64,000 bases of DNA from Diplonema japonicum (Eukaryota > Protista > Euglenozoa: Diplonemea), in NCBI GenBank assembly GCA_964019335.1, contig OZ025661.1, positions 620,001 through 684,000 of the forward strand. The letters are read 5' to 3'. The position numbers and the translations under genes were made by a program. Under the pieces are notes generated by a model. The model was not told the origin of the DNA and ran no database searches. It was given only the letters and a program-made list of their open reading frames with translations. Below are positions 1-11,101 of this stretch, in pieces. The first letter of the stretch is position 1, and each line of letters starts with the position of its first letter.

Positions 1-244
1 ATATGTATATCCCTGTCCCTAACACCCGCTGCACTCCACAGTTCCCACCAGACATCGTTGCCTGAGTTCCTACGGAACTCTATAGCCTTCCTCTTTGTCT
101 TGCCTCCCGGCAACGACTTCCTGTAGTCAAACAGTCCTTTGTACGGGGCATCGAACTACGTTATCATGTCGGCCTTCCTGCAAACAAAAATTCCCTTAGA
201 GGGAATTCAAAAAAAAAAAAAAAAAATCAAAACAAAATCAGGAA

Positions 245-2314
245 ATGAAAAATGTGTTGATTACAGAGCCGGCTGCCTTTACCAGAAAACTGAGTGCGTC
301 CAGTGTCAACGATGTCATTAGAGAGATTAAGATCACGGGGATGAAGGATGTGGCTCTTCACGAGTGGGTCGGGTTGGTGCACCATCTATGCACGTACGCG
401 GCAGGCGACGTCGAGATCGGGGTACTCATGTGGGTGCTCAAACTGTTGTCGGTTGTGGCGTTACGTATAATAAAACTGTCAGAGGACGATACCATCTGTC
501 GTGTGGGGTGCGTAGAGGTGGTGCTGGACGTGTTTTCAGAGTTCGCAGGGCACCGCATGAAAAAGATAAGAGCGGTGAGCATGGAACTGATCGCGGTGAT
601 AGCACGCCACCCCGACACACCACAAACCCTCTTGCGACTCGTATTACAAACCGCCTTGAAGCGAGTTCACGACACCGACGAGTCTATAAAACTCCGTTCC
701 CTGGAGGCCACCCTGATCGCCATGTCGAAAATCCATGCAAAACTCCCGAAACAACAGTCGGAACTGCTTTCAAACGAGGTTCTGCAGAGGATGTCGTACC
801 TCTCTCTCGACACCTCGTGGAGGGTGCGAAGCATGGCGGTTGACTTGCTCCCGATCTGCAAGTTCGCATCCAGGAAGATCATTGTTGAAGGCTTCGGGTG
901 GGAAGAATGGGGCCCCAACACCCCGGATCAAACCCCTATCGTGGGTGTTCTTTGCAGGTATTTGGAAGACGAGTCCCTCCCTGTCCGACGCAAGGTGTTG
1001 AGAGCATTGAACCAGCTCAGCGAAACGGAGCAACACAGGTTCACCTCATCCTTGGCGTTCCCGTTCATAGTGGACGGATGTTACGATGAGGCTGCAGATG
1101 TCCGGCGGGCAGCCGTGTTGTTGATCTCTGAATGGGTGCGGGATGGGTTTCTACAAGACGCGGATTTATCTGTTGTTTTGGACTGTATCACGGCAGACTC
1201 ACCCATGATGACCAGAGCCGGTCTAAGGGTTCTATCCAACGCCAAGCTTGTGTCTCAAGAAACGCTTGCTCTGAGCCTCAACGTTGTTTTGACGCTTCTC
1301 TCCCACGCCGTTCTCGACGGGGTCACGCTGATGTACGACACGTTGTTCAAAATCGCGAAGAGGCACGCTTGTTGGATCCATTCTGTGTTGGACGATGTTC
1401 TCCCTCCCTGCAGCGACCTTCAGTCAATGCAACCCGTTCAGCTGAAGGGGATCCTGTTGGTCATCGCATCCGGAAACCTGTCAAAGAACCTCAAAAAAAT
1501 CGAAAAAACACATCAAAAAAGCCTGAGGCTGATCTTCAACGGAGTCTGCGGGATAGTCTACGGGTGGGACTCGAAAAAAACAACCCAGGAAGGGGTCTGC
1601 TACCAATACGATTTCACCGTGCAGCGACGGGAGATAGAAAAATACCTCGGGGTGGAGGACGACGCTCCCAACGAAGAACGGCCCACATTCTTCTCAGAGA
1701 CCGTTTCGTCGCTGCAAGAGTACTCGTCCTTCGTGATCAAAGACGGGGCGGGCTTCAAGGAGATCGTGGGCAAGCTTGTGCAAACGGCGAATTGTTGCTT
1801 CCCCATGCCGAGAATGACTGCGAAATGGCTTAAAGGATGCGTCGATCGGGTGCTGACCCTGGGTGCCTTGCAGGACAAGGTCTCAGCTTCAGGTTTCTTG
1901 GAAACCACCGATCTGCCCAGCCAGCCCTCTACACCACGCGCGGCGTGTGTTAGACAGATCGCAGCACTCGATGTAGCTTGCAACGTGGTTCAAGGCCAGC
2001 AACACGCGTCTTTTTCCTCCACCACGCTTGAAATCACTGCGATCGTTGTCAACGAAAGCCTCTCGAGGGTCATAGTCCCGCAGTGCCCTACCCACCCGCA
2101 GGCGGTGTCTGAGTTGATATCTGTTTCCCCCATGGCCCCTTACCTGTACAGGTACCAGTGGCACGTGGTGGTCCCGCTGACCCACGACTCGAAGTTTTTC
2201 ATTGTCAACCTGAGCCTTGAGGGAAACGTTCTGCGAAGAGAAGGCGATGGGCTTCCAACAGACCTGCGAGAGGGTTGCGTCAGGGTCTCGCAGGACGTTC
2301 GGGTTAACGCGTAA
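245..2314 (+). CDS. INTS4: HEAT-repeat protein, Integrator complex subunit 4-like
   Basis: 689-aa ORF. HEAT repeats GVLCRYLEDESLPVRRKVLRAL and FIVDGCYDEAADVRRAAV match my recollection of INTS4 (G.F...LEDE..EVR; FLVDMFNDE...VR). Beta-rich C-terminus. Confidence 0.65.
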   Translation: MKNVLITEPAAFTRKLSASSVNDVIREIKITGMKDVALHEWVGLVHHLCTYAAGDVEIGVLMWVLKLLSVVALRIIKLSEDDTICRVGCVEVVLDVFSEFAGHRMKKIRAVSMELIAVIARHPDTPQTLLRLVLQTALKRVHDTDESIKLRSLEATLIAMSKIHAKLPKQQSELLSNEVLQRMSYLSLDTSWRVRSMAVDLLPICKFASRKIIVEGFGWEEWGPNTPDQTPIVGVLCRYLEDESLPVRRKVLRALNQLSETEQHRFTSSLAFPFIVDGCYDEAADVRRAAVLLISEWVRDGFLQDADLSVVLDCITADSPMMTRAGLRVLSNAKLVSQETLALSLNVVLTLLSHAVLDGVTLMYDTLFKIAKRHACWIHSVLDDVLPPCSDLQSMQPVQLKGILLVIASGNLSKNLKKIEKTHQKSLRLIFNGVCGIVYGWDSKKTTQEGVCYQYDFTVQRREIEKYLGVEDDAPNEERPTFFSETVSSLQEYSSFVIKDGAGFKEIVGKLVQTANCCFPMPRMTAKWLKGCVDRVLTLGALQDKVSASGFLETTDLPSQPSTPRAACVRQIAALDVACNVVQGQQHASFSSTTLEITAIVVNESLSRVIVPQCPTHPQAVSELISVSPMAPYLYRYQWHVVVPLTHDSKFFIVNLSLEGNVLRREGDGLPTDLREGCVRVSQDVRVNA

Positions 2315-2466
2315 AGGGAGTTTTTTTCTTTTTTTTTTTTTTTTTGTTTCTTCTTTTTTTTCTTCTTTACGAGAAAAAAAAAAAGAAGAAAATGACATCC
2401 ACAGGCATCACACACACTTTATCTAAAAAGAAAAAAAAAAAAAAAAAAGAAAAGAAATTATATACA

Positions 2467-3384
2467 ATGACCACGCTGATTGAAAAATGTGTTTCGAGGG
2501 CGACCGAAGCCGCGCAGAGCTACACTAGGAACGATCCCGACGGGGTGGTGCCCATCGTGGCCCTTTGGGCGGCCGTGGGGGTATTCATGAAGGTGTCATG
2601 GATAACCATATTGCAAGGCTTGTTCTTCTCGGCGCTGGTGGTGACCACGGGCATCGTGTTGTGGATGTTCCACGCTTACTACAACGATGAGACAACAATT
2701 AAGACCACCACACGCATTACCGTTCCGGTTGAAGAAAAGGAAGAGGGCTACGCTGCAAAAACCTCCAGGTTCTACTCCAGCAAGGACCCTGATTGTGTGG
2801 TCCCTATTGTGCTTCTTTACGCCGCTGTCACGTGCTCGGTTGAGCTCCCTGTTATGCAGACTTTGAAGTATATTCTTGTTGGGTCAACGGCGGTTCTGTT
2901 TCTAACATGCGCTGTTTTAACGGTGGCCTACGCTGCTTCTGTCATGACTTTCCCCCCAAGCGCGGTGCGTGTTGCACAGAATGTTGCCAGCCTTCTGCAG
3001 GCCGATTCCGACTGTGTTCTTCCTATTATGGGGCTTTGGGGTGCTGTTGGGTTTGCAGCAAACATCCCATGGCTCGCATTTTTGAATGGGGTTCTTGTTG
3101 TGTCTCTGGCGGTCCTCGTTGCCTCGTTGGTGTGGCTCGCTTCTTCGTACTGCGGGGCGCTCTCCAGGAGGCCCATGAAGGCACACTTTATGTACAGTTA
3201 TAAAGAAGTTGAGGCGGCTGCGTTGCCGCTCACTGCGCTTGTGTTTCTTGCGGTGGTGACGGTAGTTTTTGTGCAGTCGCCTGTGCAGTTGTTTACCACT
3301 TCTGTTGCAGTGCTCGTGGCGCTTTTGATTTGCACTTGGCATCAGCAGAGTATGTTGGTGCAGGAGCTGCTTAGAGAGAATTGA
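2467..3384 (+). CDS. Multi-pass membrane protein with 3-4 internal repeats (DPDxVVPI motif)
   Basis: Likely ATG at 2467 after an A-run. Repeats DPDGVVPIVALWAAV, DPDCVVPIVLLYAAV and DSDCVLPIMGLWGAV, each followed by a second hydrophobic segment. Confidence 0.8.
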   Translation: MTTLIEKCVSRATEAAQSYTRNDPDGVVPIVALWAAVGVFMKVSWITILQGLFFSALVVTTGIVLWMFHAYYNDETTIKTTTRITVPVEEKEEGYAAKTSRFYSSKDPDCVVPIVLLYAAVTCSVELPVMQTLKYILVGSTAVLFLTCAVLTVAYAASVMTFPPSAVRVAQNVASLLQADSDCVLPIMGLWGAVGFAANIPWLAFLNGVLVVSLAVLVASLVWLASSYCGALSRRPMKAHFMYSYKEVEAAALPLTALVFLAVVTVVFVQSPVQLFTTSVAVLVALLICTWHQQSMLVQELLREN

Positions 3385-3819
3385 AAAAGAAAATCTGTTC
3401 TGAGAAATAGTTTTTTTTTCTTCGTCGAAACACTTATATAATATGAGGGAAGGGGGGGTTTTTTTTTTCCTCCTTCCCTCTTTTTTTTTATTATTATTTC
3501 TATCACTCCCACCCCACCACCCCCCCATTCTTTTTTTTTTTCCCCCTGCTATTTTTTTTTTTTGTTGTTTTTTTTTGTGAACAGAACACAACATAAAAAA
3601 CTGCCAATAGAGGGGAAAAGAAAAAAAGAAGAAAAAAAAAAAGAAGGAAAATAAAAAACTGGCGAAAAAAAAAAAAGAAAAAGAAGAAGAAGAAGAAGGA
3701 GAAGAGAGGGGGCAATTATTTTCTTCCAGTTGCGCTTAAAGAGACACACCAAATAAGCAGGGGTAAACGTCTCAAAAGTCGACTCGTCTTTCTTGTTTTG
3801 AAAGATCAAAGGGAAGGGG

Positions 3820-3863
<44 letters not shown>

Positions 3864-4192
3864 CATGTAGGTCATGCAAGTAGTGAACTAAATCTCTTCT
3901 TAAGCTTTTTTCCTTTTTTTTTTGTTGTTGAATAAGATACATATTTTCTTTTTTTTTCATTTTTCTCTAATCCCGATGGGTCGTCGCTACTACTTCTTCT
4001 CGATCGTAAAATTTAAAAAAAAATTTTTTTTCTTCTTTTTTTTAACAAAAATGGCTCCTTCAGTATTGAAAGGAAAAAAAAAAAAAAAAAAAATTGGGGA
4101 AAACAAACAAGAATAGAAACAAAAATCCTACATTTCTGCTTATGGCAAAAAAGAAAAAAAAAAAAAAAAAAAGAAAAAAAAATCAAATGATT

Positions 4193-4479
4193 GCGTTTTT
4201 CCAAAAACCAGTTTTTCGTTCCCCCGTCAAACTGGGCGGCATCCACCCCAATTTTTTTTCTGTCGCACCACCTAAAAAAAGGGCTCTGGATCGACTCTCA
4301 AATTTGCACGGGGAGGCCAATAAAAAATGTCTATTTGCTGAAATGAAGGAAGGAATGGGAGGGGAGGGAGTTCTTCTTCTTTTTTTTTTTTCAAAATATC
4401 TAAAAAAGAAAAAAAAAAAAAAAAAAAAAAACACGAGAACCAATTCGGACCATACCTCTCTAGACTTTTGGAAAAGCGC
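4193..4479. mobile_element. Possible MITE with 14-bp terminal inverted repeats
   Basis: gcgtttttccaaaa (4193) vs ttttggaaaagcgc (4466-4479), 13/14 inverted match. Confidence 0.35.
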
Positions 4480-4867
4480 GACAAGTACGTCAAATAAACA
4501 AAAAAAAAAGGTTTAAAAAAAAAAGAAAAAGAAAAGAACAATCATACAATTATGTCGCTACCTTTCCAAAAAAAAAAAAAAAAAAAAATGTATACAAATA
4601 ATAAGAACCCCCAGCATGTCAATGTTAGTCCGATGATGGGGGGGGCAAGCAAAAAAAAAGAAAAGCTAGAGTACTTGTTTTTTTTTCTTTCTTTCTTTCT
4701 TCAACTCTTTTTTTCACTTTCTTTTTTCTCTCTCTTTTTTTCTCCGAAGCCTTTTTTTTTTTTCCCTTTTTTTTCCTTTTTTTTTCTCTTTTTTTTTTCT
4801 CTTCTACACGCAAGCGATTCCGCCCTTTCCCCCCCCCATTTTTTTATTTTTGTTTTTTATTACTGCC

Positions 4868-5088
4868 GAGACTGAAAAACTAGTTCGATGGCAGCAAGAT
4901 GAATTATTTTATTAGGTAGAATACTGTTCGTGAGCTCAACAACTGAACAAGCCCGAACTAGTCTCTTTTTTTTTTTTTCCTTCTTTTTTTTTTTAAACAA
5001 TATTGTTGTCGAGACTAAAAACTAGTTGTAAATGAGCTATTTTATTAGGTAAAATTTCGCTCGTGCGCACAAACAAATGAAGCGCTGA

Positions 5089-5094
<6 letters not shown>
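4868..5094. repeat. Two tandem copies of a ~90-bp MITE-like repeat (family B)
   Basis: gagactgaaaaactagttc...tattaggtag...gaactagtctc (4868-4965) and gagactaaaaactagtt...tattaggtaa...gaactagc (5011-5094). A reverse-oriented copy lies at ~53110-53386. Confidence 0.65.
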
Positions 5095-5132
<38 letters not shown>

Positions 5133-6012
5133 AAACTGTAGCCCAACGAGAACGACTGAGAGAAAAAAAAAAAGAAAAGAAAAAAAGGCTAAAAAAAAAT
5201 TGCCATCTTGTCTTGCAACAACTGGCCAGTTTTTCTCTTTAATTTTCTTAACTTTTTTTTTTCTTTTTCTCTTTTTTTTTTTTTTTTTTTTGTTGTTGTT
5301 GTTGGGCTTTACAAACAGAAATATCAAGAAAAAGAAAATGCCAGGAAGGAAAAAAAAAAAGGAAAAAAAAAGAACAATCACCGAAAAAGCCCGGATCTTT
5401 TTTTTCCCTTCCTGTATTTTTTTTTCCTTTTTTGGTTGGAAGGTGGTGGGGATAACATGGAAATATAAGAAGTACATCAGATGTGTTGTTCGCTGTTGAC
5501 CTCCTCGTCGGTCATCACCGGTAGCGCCCGAGTGGAAGAACGTAACGCAGATGCTCAGGGTGACGAACAGGCAGCAAACTGCACGAGCGCAGAATCTTGG
5601 TTACCCGGGACGCCCCGGCTAGGGTTGAGCACACCGCACGCATTAAGGACACGACGCGGAACGCAAAAGAAGCTACAACTCGGCCGGGGAGCGCCCCCTG
5701 CAATCAAGTAGGTAGTTCGTGCTTCATTGCACGCTTAACGCCACCTAGTGTTGCAATCAAAGCCCCATTTTTTTTTTTTTTTTTTCCAGTGTGGGTGTCT
5801 TTTAAGGATGGATATTTTTTTTAAAAAAAAAAAAGGGAGGGACAAAATAAAGTCCACTTCCCCTTCCTCTTTTTTTTTTTTACTTCTTTTTTCCCTTTCA
5901 CCCCCCCCCCCCCCCCCCCTGTGGGGGGAACGAACAAAAAAAAAACATCATGTAATCCGAATGCCGCCCTTGTGATTCTTAACTCTTATCCCCCCTCGAT
6001 TTTCCCTGTTAA

Positions 6013-6108
6013 CCCATAATGATCAGACTGACGCACTCAGTCAACAAAAAGAAGAAGAAAAAGAAGAAGAAAAAAAAATTGATATGCGAGAGCAGAGTGG
6101 TCTTTGGG
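6013..6108. mobile_element. Possible piggyBac-type MITE (TTAA|CCC...GGG|TTAA)
   Basis: TTAA at 6009-6012 and 6109-6112. Ends cccataatgatca / tggtctttggg form an imperfect TIR. Confidence 0.4.
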
Positions 6109-6189
6109 TTAATCAAAACTTTTTTTTTAACAACCCCCTCTTTTTTTTTTTTTTTTTTTTTTGAGTGTTTTCTCTTTTTTTTTTCTTAA

Positions 6190-6296
6190 CCCTCTAGAAA
6201 CGAGCATGCATAGTTAAAAAAATACGGTAGATTCTTTTAAAAGGAAAAAAAGAAAAAAAAGGAAAAGCACGGCCCTAACAGCAGTTTTCTAAAGGG
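6190..6296. mobile_element. piggyBac-type MITE
   Basis: TTAA on both sides (6186-6189, 6297-6300). TIRs ccctctagaaac / gttttctaaaggg. Confidence 0.6.
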
Positions 6297-6749
6297 TTAA
6301 GAAAGAGTAAAGAAGAAATGCTACAACCTGCGAGAGCTTTGTTTCGGTATTTTTTTTTTTTTTATATTAATTTTTATGAACTTTTTTTTTATGGTTATTA
6401 TCACCCCCCTCCTTCTCTCCCCTCCCCTTTTGTGTGCAGTCCTTGCTTTTTTTCCTGAGGACTTTAAATCAAACAAAAAGGGGAGGAGGGAAAAAAAATC
6501 CAAATAAAAATGGAAGTAGGTATTTTTTTATTATTATTATTATTATTATTTTCTTCTTTGAATTATTTATTATAAAACAAAGAAAATGGGGGGGGGGGGG
6601 AGAGAGAGAGAGAGAGTACTTTTACACATTTCGGTTTTGGGCAGGAAGGGGGAGGGAGAGGAAATGCAGAATATTTTTATTTTCTCTTCTGATTTCTTTT
6701 CTTTCTTCAAACAGCCTTTTATTTTAGTGGTTTTTTTTTTTAAAGGGGG

Positions 6750-6834
6750 CCCGTGTATGTTTGGGGAATAAGGAAAAAAAAAAACTCCTTTTTTTTCTTT
6801 TCTTTTTTTTTCTCATTCCCCAAACATACACGGG
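6750..6834. mobile_element. 85-bp MITE or hairpin with perfect 20-bp inverted repeats
   Basis: cccgtgtatgtttggggaat (6750-6769) and attccccaaacatacacggg (6815-6834). Confidence 0.7.
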
Positions 6835-8156
6835 TTTAAGCTAATCGCTCGTATATCTTTCCCCTCTCTTTTTTTTTCTTTTTTTTTTTCCAAGAAAGAA
6901 CACTTCAACCCTTATACTTCCGTACCTTCTTTTTATTTTCTTCTTCTTTGGAAAAGCTTCAGGGTCCATGATGGGAGGGGAGAAGGAAAAACAAAAAACG
7001 AAACAAAAAAAAAAGAAAAAAGAAAAAAAAAAAAAAAAACCCTTCATTGCCACCCAACGCAAAATACATCTTCTTGACTGCGAAATCCAAAGAAAAAAAA
7101 AAGAAGAAAAAAAAAAGAACTCTTGCGGAAGGAATAAGGGGAAAAAAAAAAATCAATTACTTTTTTAAAGCTTTTTTTCAAATCTATTTCTTTTAAAAAA
7201 AAATCCCCCCCCCCTCCTCATTTCTACGAGTGAAATCTGAGCTAAGAAACGGTGTTTTTAAAAAAAAAAAAAAAAAAAAAAAACCCTCCGTTCTTTCTTC
7301 TAGAGAGCCCTGATAAATTCACATTAACAACGGCAGGGCATGTGATCTCGCAGAGGGGGATGCTCGAAGAAAGACGAAGGGAGGGGGAGGTGGTAGGTCT
7401 ACTCCCACCTTTGTTCAGATTTCTTTTTTTTTTTACTATAACTATTATCCCCCCCTCCCCCTTCCCTCCTACATACATTTTTTTGAAGTGGTGTCAAAGG
7501 ACAAAAAAAAAAAAAAAAAAAAAATCGTACGCCCCTTCATCGCTTGCACCGCACTTCTGATTTTCGGGGTTCCTTTTCGGGCTTTGCCCCCACTTCAAGA
7601 AATTTGAAAAGGAAAAAAAAAAAAAAAAAAAAAAAAAAACACAATAATAAAAGAAAACAAGGAAACGAGATTTTTTTATCTAACAAAATGACCAGGGGAA
7701 AAAGGAAAAAAAAAAAGAACAAAAAACTTTTTTTTTTTCCCCGAGGTCAGAAAGAAGACTCACCATCACTTTTTTTTTTCTTTTTCTTTTTTCTATTTTT
7801 CTTTCCCAGTCGCCCGCTCCCGGCACTCTACTCGTTCCAGCCAAAAAAAAAAGGGACTCTTTATCTATTTTTTCCATACAATATATTTCTTTTTCTTTTT
7901 TTTTTTCCGTTAGGGCAAGAAAAAAGAAAAAAAAGAAAAAGAACACTATTTTTTTCCTTTTTTTTGGGGGGGGGACACGGACCCATCTCAGGTGGAAAAA
8001 AAAAGGGGGGGAAAGAAAAAAAAAACAAGAAAAGCCCTCCCACAACCTGTATAGGATTTTTTTTGTTGATGCCTATGGCGATTTCGCGTTAAATTATGAG
8101 GCCCCTAGTAAGTGAAGAAAATGACGAAGAGTGAAATAATAGCTATTTATTTGCAA

Positions 8157-8268
8157 CAAATTATGGCCATAATTTACTCGAGAATCGTGGGTTTTTTGGC
8201 CGAGGGCCCACAGGGCCCGAGGTCAAAAAAAAAACGGTTCGAGAGTAAATGGGATGGCCATATTTTGG
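8157..8268. repeat. Imperfect inverted repeat or MITE
   Basis: caaattatggccataatttactcgagaatcgt vs the reverse complement of acggttcgagagtaaatgggatggccatattttg. Confidence 0.45.
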
Positions 8269-8282
8269 CGCAAAGTAAGTAA

Positions 8283-8834
8283 TTTTATCTGATAGTTCAG
8301 AAATTGAGTCACTCCGAGTGACCGAGAAAGTGGGCCAAAAACCCAAAACCAAATTATGGGCTATCAACTGTCAATAATAGCTATCAAATTATGAAAAGCG
8401 GCCTATTTTTAGCTGATTCAGGCGGAAGTGCGGTGACCCTACACATTTTTAGTCCCCTGTTGACCTGCGATATTGCACCTTTCCAGGTTATAGTTCACCG
8501 CACAAACGAAGCACGGTACAGTAAGAAGCGGTTCAGCGGCTTAGACCCAGGGCACTCCATAGACATGAGCTCCTCGAGATCCTCCCGTTCGTTTGACACG
8601 GTCCCATTCCCCAACCTTCTGGTTGCACTTTTCCTTAAAAACTGCCCTTATCTGGGTAGTACTTGGTTCAAAGAGAAGTAGGGGGCAGCGCCGTTTTTCT
8701 TCAGCTTCCTAAGATGAGCGACTTCAGTCAGTTCTGCGTCTTTATCCCATGAGAGTCAGCCCATGTTTTCAGGTACTGTGCTTTGCTTATTTCGGGTAGA
8801 AGACTCTCTTCCTTCTTCGTTTTCGGCATTTGAT

Positions 8835-8874
<40 letters not shown>

Positions 8875-9017
8875 ATGATCTTGAGCTCAAATGTGTTAAA
8901 AAGAATTTCACTCTCAATAATGTCACTTTCCCCCCTATAATTTGGCAGCCACGGGCCATAAACACCTAAGTCCTGCCACGGTTAGGAGTGAAGAAATTTC
9001 TGAACTATCAGATAAAA
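8283..9017. mobile_element. Non-autonomous DNA transposon, 23-bp perfect TIR, possible TA target duplication
   Basis: ttttatctgatagttcagaaatt (8283-8305) and aatttctgaactatcagataaaa (8995-9017), with further imperfect symmetry inward. The interior has stop-interrupted coding-like sequence on the minus strand. Confidence 0.7.
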
Positions 9018-10211
9018 AAAAAAAAAAAAAAAAAAAAGGAGAGTTTATTTTTTTTTCTTTATTTTTTTTTTTTGTGTTCACCCTCAGCAAGAAAGAAAGA
9101 AGAAAATGAAAGGAGGTAACATAGAGGGTAATTCCCCCCCCCCCCCCCCCCCTTCTTGTCTGCTAGTTCTTTTTTTTCTTTTTTGTTTCTTTTCTTCTTC
9201 CATCCTAACGGTTTTTTTTTCTTTTTTTTTCTCCCCCGCTTCTCCCCTGTAAGCTAAATAACGTTCGCAAAAGCGTGCAGAGCAAAAGGGCAAAAAAAAA
9301 AAAAAGTTTATTTTCTTGTTTTTTTTTTTCTTGTTTTTTTTTTCCCGTTCTTTAAAAAAAAAAAAAAAAAAGAAAAACAAAAGAAAAGGAAAAAGAACTA
9401 AAAAATCGCTCGCTCGCCGCTGTAAGTTTCTACGATCGAAAAAAAAAGAAAAAAAAAAAAAAAGAAAAAAAGAAAAATCTATTTTTTTAAAAAAAACTCC
9501 CCTGATACGCTGGGAGGGGGTGGACTTTTTTTTTTTTTTTTTTTTTTTTTTCCTAATTTTCTTTTGTAAGGTTTTTTAAATTGTGTGTGTTTTTTTTTCT
9601 TTTTTTTTTTGAATTTTTTAGAAACAACTTCCGTTTGTGCACCTCACATGGAAAGGGGGGGGGGGGGGGGGGGGAATATGGATTAGAGCTGTTCGGTACG
9701 GGGGGAAAAAAATCTACGAATTAGGATTCTTGGATTTTTCCACCAAACTCTGTTCCCAATTGTTTTCTTCTTTTTTTCGAACCTTTCTTACCGGTAACTT
9801 GTTTGTTTTGCATATTGAATTTTTAATTAGGGGAAAAAAAAAATTGAACAATTTGGTGGAAAAAATGAAATTCAGGTTGGCCCAAAAGGTAAAAATTTAT
9901 GTTTGCGCCCGTATTTTTTTTTTCTTCTTTTTTTTTTTTTTTTTTTACACAACTTACCGTAGTCCGTTGGCTGTACTTCCCCTCCCTCCCCCCTGAGCGG
10001 ACGCTGAATCTTATAAAAAAAAAGAAGAATGAATGGAAAATATATTATAAGCAAAAAAAAAAAAAAAATTTTTTTTCCCGCTCCTTTAACAAAAGAAACT
10101 GCTTGCTTCTCGTTTCCTGCCCCCCTCTCCCCTTCTTTCCCCCTTTTTTAAATTTGCCCCCATACCATTTCCTTAACTCTGAAGTTGATTTTTTTTTTTT
10201 TTTCCCCGGGT

Positions 10212-10244
10212 GTCCTGCCACATACTGCAGGTACCCTTAAATGT

Positions 10245-10278
<34 letters not shown>

Positions 10279-10556
10279 CCTCCAGGCTTGAGCTGGCCAT
10301 AGACTTCATTGTCACGGAGGGACCCTCGCCTGTGACCAGCTGCGTCAGTAAGTTCTGTCCACTGGCTACTCTTCTAGATCGAGAGAACTGTACAACTATT
10401 GTGTCCTTACCAACTCGGTTGAGGGCTTTATACCTAAGGTACCGAGGAGGGTGGGCGAGGGGCCGAAGGCCACACCACTGCAGAAAGGTTCGATCAAGAG
10501 ATAGATTGAGACTCTTCAGGCGTCCTGCCACATACCGCAGGTACCCTTAAATGTCT
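10212..10556. repeat. 35-bp direct repeats flanking a ~275-bp segment (family C); dispersed partial copies at ~46013-46044 and ~61744-61769
   Basis: gtcctgccacatac(t/c)gcaggtacccttaaatgtct at 10212-10246 and 10522-10556, each followed by a T-run. Confidence 0.75.
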
Positions 10557-10982
10557 TTTTTTTTGTTTTGTTTTTACACACGACAGTAGCTGAGCTTCAA
10601 CTGTGGGGAGAAAGAAAAAAAAAACTCGCACGAGGGAAAAGAGAGAAAAAAAAATAAAGGAAGAAAAAAAAAATAAAAGAAACAGTGAAGAAGTGTCAGA
10701 AATGGTATTTTTTTTTTTTTTTTTTTTTTTTTTGATTTTGTTCAGGTTTTTTTTTTTTTCTTCTTACAACTATTCGTTGGGCAGGCCTGGCAAAGCGGTT
10801 TTTTTTTTTCTTTCCATACCCTTCCCCCCTTATATCATACCCCCCCCTACCTTTTTATCCTTTCACTCGGTAAAAAAAAAAAAAAAAAAAGGGATCCCCT
10901 TTTTTATACTTTTCTTTTTTTTCTTTTTTTTTTCTTTTTAACCTTCCTTACTCTCTTCTTTTTTTTTAACAACCTTTTCCGC

Positions 10983-11018
<36 letters not shown>

Positions 11019-11101
11019 CTTCTCACTTTTTATTATAATTTTTTTTTCGGAAAAAGAAAAAGAAAAAGAAAAACACACACAATACTGTTTTTTTTTAGAA
11101 A

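Noticed and set aside
1-185. Coding-like minus-strand frame at the window edge (FDAPYKGLFDYRKSL...WWELW)
   Set aside because: Contains a stop, is truncated by the window and matches no family I recognise.
5460-5765. GC-rich island as a 76-aa gene or ncRNA (SRP, snRNA)
   Set aside because: No recognisable protein or RNA motifs. Possibly a TE or gene remnant, but not supportable.
3385-11100. Dozens of poly-Phe/poly-Lys ORFs here and in other intergenic regions, and K/F-rich N-terminal extensions on real genes
   Set aside because: These are translations of A/T homopolymer tracts. True starts were reassigned to the ATG after the A-run.
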